From Azolla caroliniana (taxonomy: Eukaryota; Plantae; Polypodiophyta): a DNA stretch of 64,000 bases. The DNA is taken from positions 17,918,001-17,982,000 of the forward strand of contig JBHGNT010000018.1 of NCBI GenBank assembly GCA_043228905.1. Direction: 5' to 3'. The notes below the pieces were generated by a model. It was given only the letters and a program-made list of their open reading frames with translations, was not told where the DNA came from and did no database searches. The position numbers were made by a program, and so were the translations under genes. Below, in pieces: positions 26,350 through 39,490 of this stretch (the first letter of the stretch is position 1; each line of letters opens with the position of its first letter).

Positions 26350-27859
26350 AGAGATATGGCTTCACTCAGAACCCATTGACCCACTTTAGCATAATTTCTC
26401 CTGCCAATCTTCCGAGTTGGAAGGTTCCATTAAACTCATCAATAATCCAGAACTGGAGTTTCCCCAAAATTGAGCTGAGTCGAGTTTGAAAAACCAGAAC
26501 TGCCTTGCCGATTTCGAATAATTGCTCGTTTGGCGATGCTAACCTTGCTCCAAATTGCTTAGACTGGTAAGCCGAGCTTCCCCGAGTTCGAATAGTTGTT
26601 CAAATCACTTCTGTTCAGACTCGGTTTTGGGTAGTCATTCAAAAAAATTCACGTGATTGGAACTTGGAATTTGATCGGCATGACGGCTTCTAAGCCGAAT
26701 GCTAACCGAAAAGGCGTGGACTTAATGTTAGGCTTGAATGTAGTGACTTAATGTTAGTCTTGAATGTAGTGTGTTGTGCAGCTTGTCATACCAGTCGGTG
26801 CGATTCTCGTTCATGATTTTCTTGAGGATGGTCTGCAACGTTTTATTTGTCGATTCAGCAAGGCCATTCACTTGCGGATAGTAAGGCATGTTTCTCTTAT
26901 GTACCGTCGTGTAATGCGTTGTGAGTTCTCGAATAATTTTGTTGATGAAATGCCCACCTTGATCGCTCACTAACTCGATCGGACATCCGAATCTACACCA
27001 AAGACATTGGTAAATGAATTTTGTTGTGGACGCTGCCGTGTTGTCCTGAAGCACTTTTGCTTCGACCCACTTGGTTTCGTAATTAGTAGCGGCGATAATG
27101 TATTCGTTTCCAGTTTCGGTTGGGGCTGGCTTGAATGGGCCCACAAAATCCAATCCCCACTTCTGGAATGGCTCGAGCAATAGGATTGGCTGGTGGGGCA
27201 TTCGCGCCCGCTTGGTAGGTTGACCCATGCGTTGGCAGATATTGCATTATCGGCAGAATTCGTGAGCATCCTTCTGTGTTGTCAGCCACCATAAGCCACT
27301 CTGCCAAACCTTTCGGGCCGTCGCATCGCCTACGTAATGTCCCCCATCAATTCCATAATGGGCTTCTCGGAGGATGGTTCTTTTTAGAATTTTTGAACCA
27401 TTTGGTGCCATATTTCGTCCGTGCCTTTGTGATATGTGTCAGTTACGAGGCAGAAGTTCCAACTTTGAATGGCGAACCGCTTTTTGGTGTCAAGGGGCAA
27501 GTATTCGGGTGGAAGACTAGTGCTGACGAAGTATACCATTTCGTCTATCCACTTATCTTCGGATTCCGGATTCAGCAAAGTGGGGGCAATTCCGAAAATG
27601 TCCGCATCGAGGAGATTGTCATAAATGCTTTTGGTTGGTTCTCTCGATTTGAGTCGATTGAGGTAGTCGGCCACCGCATGTAGTACGCAAGGGCGATGAT
27701 GTATATCGAATTCAAACTCTTGTAAGAGCAACATCCATCGAGCTAGTCTTCCGGTCAATGACTGCTTTGTTACCAAGTATAAAAGGGTCGAGTGATCGAC
27801 ATGGAACGTGAATTTTCGGTCGAGAAGATAGTGCCGAAACTTGGTAATGCTGTAGATCA
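26350..27859 (-). pseudogene. G1 RNase H C-part and integrase
   Basis: YSITKFRHYLL, GRLARWMLLLQEF, FQKWGLDFVGP, SDQGGHF, YYPQVNGLAESTNK. Confidence 0.92.
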
Positions 27860-30800
27860 TGTTGAGAGACAAGCTCAACATTCGGTGCGTAGAACCATGC
27901 GCACAATAGGCCGTAGCAGTGCGTAAACCACGAGGCCGTTGGAAAGATATTCGTCCAAAGGAATAATTTTGGGAGTAAGTGTAGTGGCTCATTTATGAGC
28001 GTCAAGTACTATCAGTACTTGTATCAAACCGATTGTCAGGGCTTGTATATAAGGTGCTCACTGAGCACAAAGTATGTACAGAATAGAGAGTCATTATTTT
28101 GAATTTGAGTTTTCTGTTGTCTGCTCTCTCTCTCTGCATCTCCATCTCCATCTTTGCGTTTTCTGTGTTCTAACCAAATTGTCTTATTCCTCCGAACTGT
28201 GTACTCTGTGTTTATGCACACGCTTCCGCACAACGTATTCTTTTACATGGTATCAGAGCGCGAGGGTTGAAGTCTTCTGCAGCTGATAAGAAAAGTTTGT
28301 GACGAAATAGAGTTGAAGTTGTTCGCTTTCGGAGAAGAAAAAGACAGTACTATGGACAGAGGAATGGGAAGCTCACTTCCGACTGAAAAGCTTGACAGAA
28401 GCAACTACGCATCTTGATCTTACAAGATGCACCAGTACCTGCTCGGCCATGGCTATTGGAGTTATGTCGAAGAAGAAAATGATGTGGCACCCGACTCGAC
28501 ACACAAGGACTATCCGGCTTGGGAACAAGCGGCAAGCAGAGTGTTGTACTGCTTCGTGTCCTGTGTGAGCGATCAACTTTTGAGCTATATTCGGGATGCC
28601 AAGATGCCGAAGGACGCGTGGGCAAATCTCAAAAGGATTTTCGCAGCTAGCACAACAACCAGAAAGTTGCAGCTCAGACAGGAGCTCAGCAATGGGCGAT
28701 AAAGAGATATGTCGGTGGCTGATTACACCACCAAGATCAACAAAATCTGCAACTCTCTTGCCTCCGTCAACGTGAACGCCGAGGAAGATGAAATGGTGCA
28801 GGTTTGTCTTGGTGGCTTGGCGTCAAAGTTCGGACCTTTCCGAATGGTCGTCTTCACGAGGGAGATTATGCCTTTGTTTTTCGAGCTTCGGTCAATGTTG
28901 CTCGTAGAAGGAAACCACGCGGGTGCGTCGACGAGTGCGCACGCCGATGGCAAGATGCTTTACACGGAGGATGATAGGCCCCGTGGTCGTGGTGGACGAG
29001 GTGGATTGGTGCACAATGGAGGTGACTGAAAAGAGCAGAATATACGGCACAATCGAGATGTTGGAAGAAATTCCGAACCCTCCGCAAGCAAGGGGAGTCA
29101 TGGCGGCGCCGGAAGACGACAAGAGAAGACCGCGCTAGATTGTTGGTACTGTGGCAAGAAAGGCCACAAGGAGAGTGAGTGATGGAAGAAACAAGCCGAC
29201 TCGGACAAAGCTAGACCGAGCGGAAGAGATGCAGGAAGGCGTCAAAGATCGCACTACGCTGAAGGCTCGGAACAAGCCAAAAATAGAGCGGGCCCTGCCT
29301 TCGTAATGAAGCATAAGGCTAATTCTATGGCCATGAACACCTCGAAATCAAGAGAGGTGTGGTATGTTGATTCCAGAGCGTCAAATCATATGACGAGTCA
29401 CGAGGAATGGTTCTCATACTTGGAGAAACCGGAATCACAAGGAGTGGTTGAAATGGGAGACGACACTCCGCATACCATCGAACATGTCGTCGAAGTTCCT
29501 CTCAGCCACGTCAGGCAGAAAGGGAAACTCATGAATGTGTTGCACGTCCCGACAACAACGAAGAACTTGGTGTCGGTCGGTCAGATCGTCCACCAAGGTA
29601 TGCAAGTTCGATTCACGCACCTCGACTGCTTCATAGAAGAGGAAGGCAAAGTAATTGCGCAAGGGCGCCGTGAAGGCAGGATGTTTATCCTTGACACTAA
29701 TCAAGCCGGAACCGCGTTGTACGTGAAAGGAAAAAAGGTCGAAGCGGATATCGAATTGTGGCACAAGCGGTTCGGCCACGTAAATTTCCCTCAGCTTCAT
29801 GAAATGCAGACGAAGAACATTGTTTTCGGGTTGCCGAAATTTCGTGGCTGGAATGGCCAAGTCTGCGAAGCCTATCAGATGGGAAAACAACACCGACTTC
29901 CATTCCCCAATGAGCGTAATCGTAGCCGAAGTCCGCTGGATTTTATCCATTCGGATGTGTGGGGTCCGGCACAGAACGTGAGTCTCAGTGGAAGCCGTTA
30001 CTTTGTAACCTTCATCGATGACTTCACTCGGCACACGTGGGCATGCATGATTGAGAAGAAGAGCGAAGTCTTCGGATGTTTCTTGAAGGTGAAGAGCCTT
30101 GTGGAAAGGGAAACGAGGGCGTAAGATCAAAAGCCTACGGTTCGATGGCAGGAAGGAGTACTTCTCCAACCAGTTCACAAGTTATCTACAAAAGGAGGGA
30201 TTTCGACGCGAATTCTTGTGTAGATATACGCCGAAGCAGAACGGCGTAGCCGAGCGGAAGAATCAAACGATTGAAGAAGCAGCCAGGGCAATGCTTGAAG
30301 AGAAGCATATGCCGAAATTCTATTGGGCCGAAGCCGTGAAGACGGTTGTCTACCTGCAGAATCGGACTTCTGCTAATGGAGGAGTGTCGCCACATGAGTT
30401 GTATTGCGGGAAGAAGCCAAACTTGGGACACTTAAGGATCTTCGGCAGCATCGCGTATGTGCACGTGCCGAAGAAGAAAAGGAGGAAACTGAATGCTAAA
30501 GCTGAGAAATGTATCTTGGTTGGCTATTTAGATGAGCAGAAAGGGTATAAGTGTTATAACCCTCGAACAAAGGAAGTACGCGTAAGCCACGATGTTGTGT
30601 TCGACGAGTCCACTTCGTGGTACCTACCTTCTCCACCAAAACCTCATGACTCCATTCCAATTTCTGAAGAAGAAATCAGCGAGGCTGAAATGCCTCCGCA
30701 TGATGAGGACATCGGAGCTCTGAGATGGCCAACCAGATGATAAGACGGCGAGTAGTGGAGACTTGGTCGTGCATTCCCCACGTAGAAAGCTGAGGAGACG

Positions 30801-33479
30801 GCTTACGTGCAAGGAAAAAGGCAAGAAGAAAATGTCGGAATACGGCTTCGGCAACGCCGAGTCATATCGGAGTGAGTCTGACTACGGGCAAACTGAAAAG
30901 GAACCTCCACGGAAGAGGTTGACAGTAACCGAAAAGGTCGTGAAATCGGGTAATCACGAATTACGCCGATCTACCCGCCTAAAAAACCCCATAAAGAGAT
31001 ACGGGTATAATGAGTACGTGGCGGAAGTGCGTGAGTCGGAGAGCTACGCAAAAGCAGCGGAAGACGCGAACTTGCGTTCCGCAATGGAGGAAGAGATGCG
31101 CGCATTATCGGAGAATGAAACCTGGGACCTAGTTGACGCACCAAAGGGTGTAAAGCCGATCGGCTGCAGATGGGTGTATAAGGTGAAATACAACACCGAT
31201 GGCTCTGTCAACCGCTACAAGGCCCGTTTAGCAACGAAAGACTACACGCAAAAGCACGACATGGACTATGACGAGACCTTCGTGCTTGTCCCGAAGTTGA
31301 CTACCATGCGAGTCCTACTAGCCGTAGCAGCGGCAAAGGGGTGGCACTTACATAAGATGGATGTAAAGAACGCATTCGTGCAAGGTGATCTTGAGGAGCA
31401 GGTGTACATGGCACAACCCCCCGGTTTTCTATCCGAACAAAACACCCCGGTAGTTTGCCGATTGAAGAAGTCCTTATACGGACTAAAGCAAGCCCTGCAA
31501 GCTTGGAACACAAAGATTACACAACTGTTGCGTAGGATGGGGTTTGCACCCTCGAAATCAGACTCTTCTTTATTTGTTCGGCAAGGTCAATATGGACCGG
31601 TCAGCCTGCTCTTGTACGTTGATGATTTAGTCATCGCTGGTGCCGACCTTGACGAAATCCGCCATGTGAAGTCTCAACTTGCGGCATCGTTTGAAATGAA
31701 GGATCTTGGAGATCTTCATTACTTCCTCGGGATCGAAGTGATTCGTACCTCCGAAGGCATATTGATCAGCCAACGTCATTACGCGTTGAATATGCTCTTC
31801 AAGTTTGAGATGGCAAACTGTAAGCCTATCTCAACCCCTCTGGATAGGAATGTAAAGCTTCGCCAAGATTCGGGAAAGGCGTGCGACCCGACACGGTTCC
31901 GATAGATTGTCGGAAGCCTCATCTATTTGACTATCACTCGGCCGGACCTCAATTACCCAGTTGGCATGATCAGTCAATTCATGTCGCAGCCTACGACCGA
32001 ACACTTTCAGTGCGTGCAACGGATATTGCGATATGTGAGCGACACAAAAGACATGGCGTTGCTATATCGAGTAGGCCTCGCGGATAGTTAGTTGGCTACA
32101 CGGATGCCGATTGGGACGGAAATGCCCACGATCGTCGATCCACATCTGGATACGCATTCTCATTAGGAAGTGCGGCGATCGCGTGGAGCAGCAAAAAGCA
32201 GCCGACAATAGCACTGTCGAGCACAGAGGCTGAATATCGAGGGGCGACTATCACTACGTGCGAAGTCATTTGGTTGAAACGACTATTACGGGATCTGCAT
32301 GTAGAGGTGTATGATCCGACGACGATCTATTGTGACAACCTCAGCAGTATCCACCTTGTGAAAAACCCTGTGTTCCACGCCCGGACCAAGCACATTGAGG
32401 TGCATTACCATTTTGTCCGCGAGTGGGTCCTTTCAGGAGAAGTCGAATTGGTGCATGTTTCGACTGATCAGCAAATTGCCGACATCTTCACAAAACCTCT
32501 TGGTCTCGACAAGTTACGACATTTCTCGGGTGTGCTTGGGTTGCATCACCTCGACACGCCGAACTTGAGGGGGAGAAAGGAAGAACAGGGACAAGAGCGT
32601 GAAAGGAGCGGAGGTAAGCATCACGATGGAAGTGACCGTGACGCGGAATCGGATGAAGAATTCGATTTCGGGCTGGCTGAAGAAGTTGAAGAAATGAGAA
32701 GGGTCGTAAGCATAAGAAGGAGCCAAGGACAGCCGAAACAGGGGGAGATAAGGCCAAGACTAATGTGGTCAGATGTTGTCAGGGGCCTAAAGACAGGAGA
32801 TGAATTGGAGACAGCCAATTCGGATGCGGGTGGAATTGAATCAGAAGTGTTCGATTCAATCAAAATGTTCGATTCGGATACGCCGAATCAACTGAAGGCC
32901 ATGCGGAGAAAAGGGCAGTGAAGGACACACCGACACCACGATAGCAAGGGACCTGAGAAGGGCCATATGAGCAGACAAGCCGACCGAAAGGGTTGAGGAG
33001 CACGAGCGAGGTGTGAAGCTAGAAGGAACTAGAGAGTAGATCCGGCGGAGCAAGTGGAACCTCAAGTTGAGCTTGAGGGGGAGTGTTGAGAGACAAGCTC
33101 AACATTCGGTGCGTAAACTGGGTGTGTAGAACCATGCGCACAATAGGCCGTAGCGGTGTGTAAACCACGAGGCCGTTGGAAAGATATTCGTCCAAAGGAA
33201 TAATTTTGGGAGTAAGTGTAGCGGCTCATTTATGAGCGTCAAGTACTGTCAATACTTGTGTCAGCCCGATTGTCAGGGCTTGTATATAAGGTGCTCACTG
33301 AGCACGAAGTATGTACAAGACAGAGAGTCATTATTTGGAATTTGAGTTTTCTGTTGTCTGCCTCTCTGCATCTCGATCTCCATCTTTGCGTTTTCTGTGT
33401 TCTAACCGAACTGTCTTATTCCTTCGAAATGTGTACTCTGTGTTTACACACACGCTTCCGCACAACATATTCTTTTACA
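27860..33479 (+). mobile_element. Copia A, full length, defective
   Basis: TSD GATCA (27855-27859 / 33480-33484); LTRs 27860-28247 and 33084-33479; PBS TGGTATCAGAGC 28248-28259; PPT 33073-33083. Confidence 0.97.
28352..32921 (+). pseudogene. Copia A gag-pol
   Basis: CWYCGKKGH knuckle, WYVDS(R)ASNHM protease, LWHKRFGH / HSDVWGP / QNGVAERKN integrase, [26 protein letters not shown] RNase H; many stops. Confidence 0.95.
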
Positions 33480-33484
33480 GATCA

Positions 33485-34735
33485 TGCCAAGCTCTTCTGT
33501 TTCCGTGGTCGAATAATTCCATTCGGCAGCCGAGAGACGTCGGCTAGCATAGTAGACTGGGCGGTACCAAGTCAGAGGCATAATCTGCATTAGGGCACTC
33601 CCAATGGCCACGTTAGATGCGTCAACGAAAACATGGAAGGGTTGTGACCAATCGGCTGGTTGTACAACCGGCGCATGAGACAACATGATGTTTAGAGCCT
33701 TGTATGCTTCGACTTTTGTTGCCGTCCATCGGAAAGGTGTTTTATGAATCGCTGCATGTAACGACGTCACGAAATCGGCCAAATAGCGTAGTATTCGGCT
33801 ATGCCAACGAATTTGCCCTAAAAACCGACTAAGAGCCTTTGTGGTGGTTGGAGCCAGAGTGGCTAGGATGGTATTTACTTTGTCTAGATCCATTGTGATC
33901 CCCTCTCCACTCACGATATACCCGAGTAGGGTACCACTCGATCTGTTAAATGCACATTTCGCCGGATTAAGGCTTAGCCGAGCTTGCCGACAACGTTCCA
34001 AGTTGAGGCGTAACTGTTTGAGATGCTCTAGTTGGCGGTCATAAACAACAAAATCATCTAGAAATACTTGCATGAAGGTCGGAATATATTCACTGAAAAT
34101 CTTGGCGATGCTACGTTGGAATGTAGCATGCACTGTCTTCAACCCGAACATCATTACTACGGCCACAAAAACACCTCACTCGGTCACAAATGTTGTCTTT
34201 TCCTGGTCGTCGGGGTGCATTCGGATCTGATTGTATCCGTTGAACCCATCCAGGAAGTTGTACCTCTCGTGGCTTGCCACTGCATTCAATATGCCATCCG
34301 TAAAAGGAAGGGGAATGTGTCGGCAATTGTTTTTGCATTCAATTTCTGATAATCGACACACACCCAAAGTTTGCCGTTTTTTTGCGGAACAACAACAATT
34401 GGGCTAAGCCACATGGTACGTTTTACGGGCTGAATGAACCCAACTCAGAGGAGTTTATCAATTTCTTCTTTAACCTTCGCCGCGTAATTGGGGTTCATTC
34501 TATATCGGCGTTGTTGCACCGGTCAGGCATCTTGTTTAAGATGAATTTGATGTTGGTAGTATCGAGGATCTAACCCTTTCATGTCGCTATACGACCAAGC
34601 AAAAACATCTTTGTAATCGGAGAGCAAGCTTACCAAGACCAATCACTCATCGTCTGCGAGTTTTTTCGCTATTTTCAACGGTCATGGGTCCTCGCTTGTG
34701 TCGAGGTTGATTTCCTCGAGCATGGACACTTTTAC
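33485..34735 (-). pseudogene. G1 reverse transcriptase / RNase H N-part
   Basis: VFAWSY.DMKG, SPIVVVP, FLDGFNGYNQI, MMFGLK, FLDDF, FHVFVDAS, NYSTTE.E.LGMI; frame resumes after Copia A. Confidence 0.92.
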
Positions 34736-35400
34736 TCGTTGTGATATCGCCAATTCTCTTTCGAGAGCTTCTCAAGCATGTCATAGCTCGTCCACCAATT
34801 TCAAGTCCTGACACATCAATTGAGTATTCTCATTTCATGCCATATTGTCTCCTTCATCTTAAATTATCTTTGTCTTCATTTTCTTGTGTCGTTCCTAGCT
34901 TCTTAAGTTGCACACTCTTAGCCCCATCATCCGTGCTCCGTTCGAGTCAACGGTTGGTGTGTCCGTGACAGTCGAATCATTTACGACAATTGAGATGGAC
35001 ACTTTGAGAATCGGCTACAACCGATTCGTAGTTACGTCTTACGAACCGAACATATGTAGGAAAAGATAGATCAAATTGAGACAAACAAAGAGATGACCCA
35101 CAAAATGTATATGTATTCGATTATAATTGCATACACTACAATACAGTACAATACCGAGTAAAATCAGTAACACTCACTCACTCTTTTCTAATCTAGATCT
35201 AGGCTTAGTCTGCTCTAGGGACTTCTATTCAATATGTTCTATCTCTGATTCCGATCCCCCCTCCTATGTTCGCCACTTCTCAATATATATAGCTTCCTCC
35301 TAGCTCGACACGTTTCAACTACTCCTTGATATTCGGCTCCTACCCTCGATTGTTCTTGCTCAACTTCTTATGACCCTTTCACATTTGTCCACGTGGTCTT

Positions 35401-36142
35401 TGTTGGGAGACAGGTCCCTCCGGATGGGAAGGGAGAAGAACAGTGCCGATGAGAAACCGTATGAGGAGTACCCGGCTACGGAGAGCCGGATGATACAGAT
35501 CCGGTGAAGACCGGATGAGGAGTATCCGGCTACGGAGAGCCAGATGATACAGACCCGGTAAAGACCGGATGAGGAGTACCCGGCTACGGAGAGCCGGATG
35601 ATATAGACCTGGTGAGATCCGAATGAGGAGTACTCGGCTACGGAGAGCCGGATGGTGCAGACCCGGTATGAACCGGATGAAGAGACATATTCGTAAAAAT
35701 GTTTCTGAGAGTCCATCGAGGCTATATTTGTAAATAGCCGAAAAGTCATATTAGTATAAATATGACTTAGGGCAAACTTTTAGTAACTGTTGTTATTATT
35801 ATTTCTTGTCTGCGTGAGATCATAGCGCGCAATAGTGTACAGAGAGAGAGAGAGTGAAAGAGGTTGTTGCCTCTGTTGTAACCGCCGCCTGTGGCGAAGA
35901 TCGTGAGCACGAGGTCGTTGCCTCCGTGAACTCACTGCTGTACATACTAACCTAGTGATAGTTTGTAGCCTGTGGGCTGCCGTGGTTTTTTCCCTAGTTT
36001 GGGGTTTTCCACGTTAAACATCCTGCGTACTCTTCTCTTCCATTGTGTCGTGTTTTTTTTTTTTCGTTCCCTGTTTTCTATGTATGATTCTAAGCTCGGT
36101 TGTGGCCGAGCGTTGTGCATAAGGAGTGTTGAGTTCCCGTTA
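35401..36142 (+). mobile_element. Solo LTR of the Copia B family inside the G1 5' LTR
   Basis: TSD GTCTT (35396-35400 / 36143-36147); homologous to 42064-42668 and 46510-47259; four 54-bp tandem units. Confidence 0.95.
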
Positions 36143-36193
36143 GTCTTTTCCTATTTGCCCTTCGGGATCCGTTCACACTTTGACCCTTCTGTC

Positions 36194-36636
36194 TAGCAAT
36201 GGGCGCGATTTCGGCTCAAACCGAACCGAACCGTCATGGCTTAACAGTTTATTAGTTCAAAGATAAATAAACCATTTGGTTTGGTTTCAAATATTATGAT
36301 CCGGTTTGGTTTCAATTCGGTTCGGTTTTGAATTTCATGGTTTAGCGGTTTAGCGGCTTATTGGTTTATCGGTTTCGAATTTCAAGGTTTAGCGGTTTCG
36401 GCTTATGTGGTTTGGTTTAAAGGTTTAAAGGTTTAAAAGTTTAAAAGTTTTGAAGGTTTAAAGGTTTATGGGTTTATAGGTTTGGTTTGGTTCCGATTTA
36501 TGATAAACTGATTTGGTTTGGTTCTAAATTGTTCATAAACGATTTGGCTCTAAATGGTTCGGTTTAAATGGCTTCATAAAATTTAAACAATTTGGTTTGG
36601 TTTCAAGGCCAAGAAACCAAACCGCGCCTATTGTTA
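36194..36636. mobile_element. hAT-type MITE
   Basis: 8-bp TSD CTTCTGTC (36186-36193 / 36637-36644); imperfect TIR TAGCAATGGGCGCG / CGCGCCTATTGTTA; dense AACCG/CGGTT(T) subterminal motifs. Confidence 0.92.
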
Positions 36637-36834
36637 CTTCTGTCCCACAGGTTAACAAAGTATAAATATAGGTATTTGCCTTCTTCTTGTGTTTTGTCCG
36701 TGTTTAGAGAGTTCGTAAAAAAAGAAAAATTGGGTGGAAGAATGATTGCTTTTCGTTGCCTTTTTGGTGTTGTCTTTCCACCGCAAGGTTGTTAGGTACA
36801 TTAGATACAGTACGGATACCATATATATATATAA

Positions 36835-37600
36835 CGTATTAATACGCGTATAGTACCTCCCAATTTAAAAATACGTTAATTACATTTTTTAATATGTTAA
36901 ATACTTATAAAATACATATAGTACGTTATACTTCTAGAATTTGAAAATTATTTACCTTTCTAAAAAATATTTGTAATATTGTAAAAAACATATATGTTTA
37001 CACAAATTTGTGATGTACATTATCGTTCTACATCCTAAAATGCATATAAGACATTTGAACATTTCACATCCTAAAATACTTATAATATGGATGTCGACAT
37101 TCACTTATTCTATAAATTAGTGTAAGTGTGCATCACGATGTTCTACTTCAAATTGTAATTATTTACGATTACGCCTTCATAGATTGAGGAATCGTCTACG
37201 ATTATTACACTCAGGATAGGTTTCTGTCTTCTTTTCTCTCTTCTTCATCATCATCATCTTCTTCTATCTTCTGTGATTATCACACTCAAAGTCAGGACAT
37301 GTTTTTGTCTTCTTTTCTCTCTTTTTCTTTTTCTTCTTCTTCTTCGTCGTCATTATCTCTTCCGTTCTTCTTTCTTCCTTCTTTTTGTTTTTTTTTCGCT
37401 AAAATCTTTTTTTTCTTTTGCTTTTTGTTAGGGTTTTACTTACATTTTTTTATAAATACGTATTATACCTATTTTTTCAAATGTATGTTAAGTATTGTAT
37501 TGGACAAATGTACATGATATTTGACTGAACAACATTGAGGTATAGTATGTACTATACAAATTATGAGGTACTATACGTATTTAAACATTAAATACGAGTA
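36835..37600. repeat. AT-rich segment bounded by inverted repeats (possible old MITE)
   Basis: AATACGCGTATAGTACCTC (~36841) is inverted as GAGGTACTATACGTATT (~37565); CT-rich microsatellite inside; no TSD identified. Confidence 0.4.
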
Positions 37601-38007
37601 CATAAACAACCATGGGACTCTAGCGGCTCATGAGAAAAACCTATTGGGTGAAAGAGCTATTGATTTTTATTATGTAGTTGGCATTGATGTAGTAGAGAGA
37701 GATTATTGACATCCACGTGAAACATAATACAAATTATGAGAAAAGGTTGAGTCTCAATGGCGAGGATCAAACTTGGGTCTAGGGTTTAGGGGATGATGCA
37801 CGAGAGTAAACCACCAAGACAACAACCTGAAAAGCAAAATAGATCATGTGAGGTACACGTAGTAACGATAAAAGAAAAGCTATGAAACTTCACATCAAAA
37901 AGTTGTCTTATGTTCAAATTTGGTGTTTATTAAAAAGAGACATGTGCGGAGCATACATTGCATGGAGAACACCTTCCCCTAGCCATAGGAACCCATGACT
38001 TTACAAC

Positions 38008-38755
38008 CTCTCTCTCTCTCTCTCACTCACTCGATGAAAACACACAATGGTATTAATAAATGTGTGTAAAAAACACAAATTACAATGGATAGCACGATGG
38101 AGTATGGTCACCACTACATGGATAGTGGAACATGTTGAATTGTCAATAAGCAAGACAAACACTCCACTGAGAAAATAATTTCTACTTGCTCCAATAAAGA
38201 TTTTTTCCAAAATAGCCAATTATTTCTACCCAAGGTTGGGTACCTATGCACATACCTTTTAAAGGATTGAATATTCGAGACATCATATGAGCTTCTAAAT
38301 TTAGTAGTGCACCCTAGCCGTTTTGGGGTACATATATTGTTCCATGATACCCAACTCATAGCAATTTTTTACTCTTTCTTCCACAATGTATATTTAAATG
38401 AACAAGCTAATCAATCAAGTGATTTCTTTGTCCAAGGTAATATTGAAAAAATAAGAAATCATTATAACTTGTACCACTTTGGGACGAGTACTAAACAGAC
38501 AAGCTTGAGACTTCCAATACATAAATTTTCTAAAATGGTTCATGATATCCAATTCAAACTTTGAGATGGTGAGATATCAACACCAATAGGGTAACCTACG
38601 TGCCAAAACATATTCCCTTGATCCAATATTTGGCCATAGCATCCAAGATCAACCAAATCACTCTAAGTGCATCTAATGAGCATTGATTTCTACATATTAA
38701 TATGTAATCCTAACGTCAATGCAAACACATTCCACACCTCCATGGCTTTGGCTAT
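38008..38755 (-). mobile_element. Degenerate L1-like LINE, 3' part (host of G2; continues at 60297-60377)
   Basis: RT-like AKAMEVWNVF..GLHINM.KS..GYPIG; 3' end homologous to 39290-39490 and ends in (GA)n; frame joins across G2 to a decayed xADD-like motif (QALTNDSL). Confidence 0.75.
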
Positions 38756-38840
38756 TGTCGGGAACAATACTAAGATAGAGAAGGGATTAGTACTAAGAGA
38801 GGTGTAGAACTCTCGAGAGAAGGAAATAGTGAGAGAGAGA

Positions 38841-39490
38841 GATCATGGGTGGTGGCAACTCTTACAACGTAGTTGGCATTCTAAATTGCCATTTGTAGCA
38901 AAGGTCTTCATTTGGAGAGTTTTGATTGGAGGATTTCCTTTGGGATTAGCTCTAAAGCGCCGTGGACTAGCAACGGGTAATTGTTTTTTTTTCACTGTTC
39001 AAATGGAAGATAGTACTCATCGATTTATACAATGTCCGATTGCTTCTCAAATTTGGAGTTACATTTCTCAAATTTGGCAAGTTTTATCACGATGTTATTT
39101 GACACCTAGACAATGGGTGGGTGTTTGCACAATTTACACAGGTGGACCCAAAGTCAGAGAAGGAGATCGTTTTTCTATTTATGAGACATTGGGGATTGCG
39201 TCATAATTGGAATATGCGCAACGCTTTTGTATTCAATGGTAGACATGGAGTGAAAGCATATCTACGAAAGTTGAAGGGAGTACTAATGTGGAAATTTTCT
39301 TTATTGGAGCAAGTGGAAATCCTTTCTTTAGTGGAGTGTTTGTCTTGCCTATTGGCAATTCAACATGTTCCACTACCCATGTAGTGTAGTGTAGTTAATG
39401 GGTGACCATACCTCATGGTCACATCCATTGTAAGTAGTGTTTTTTACACACATTTATTAATATAATTGTGTGTTTTCACCAAAGACAAAG
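38841..39490 (+). mobile_element. 5'-truncated L1-like LINE in the (GA)n tract of the G2 3' LTR
   Basis: zf-RVT-like WHSKLPFVAKVFIWR..C....EDSTHRFIQC; absent from the 5' LTR, which has an uninterrupted GA tract here. Confidence 0.88.

Larger units (their letters stand above)
20423..36657 (-). mobile_element. G1: non-chromovirus Ty3/Gypsy (Athila/Phygy-like), gag deleted, hosting nested insertions
   Basis: TSD AAGTA at 20418-20422 and 36658-36662; 3' LTR 20423-21008; 5' LTR ~34970-36657 (interrupted, U5 end lost); RT-RH-INT order, no chromodomain. Confidence 0.9.

Noticed and set aside
35456-35680. Regularly spaced repeats resembling a CRISPR array
   Set aside because: Contiguous 54-bp tandem units without unique spacers, inside a Copia LTR; no cas genes; eukaryotic context.
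36410-36490. GGTTTAAA/GGTTTA runs resembling telomeric repeats
   Set aside because: Internal to the hAT MITE and not true TTTAGGG arrays.
37750-37825. Possible tRNA-derived SINE head on the minus strand
   Set aside because: Boxes too degenerate; no tail, TSD or second copy to support it.
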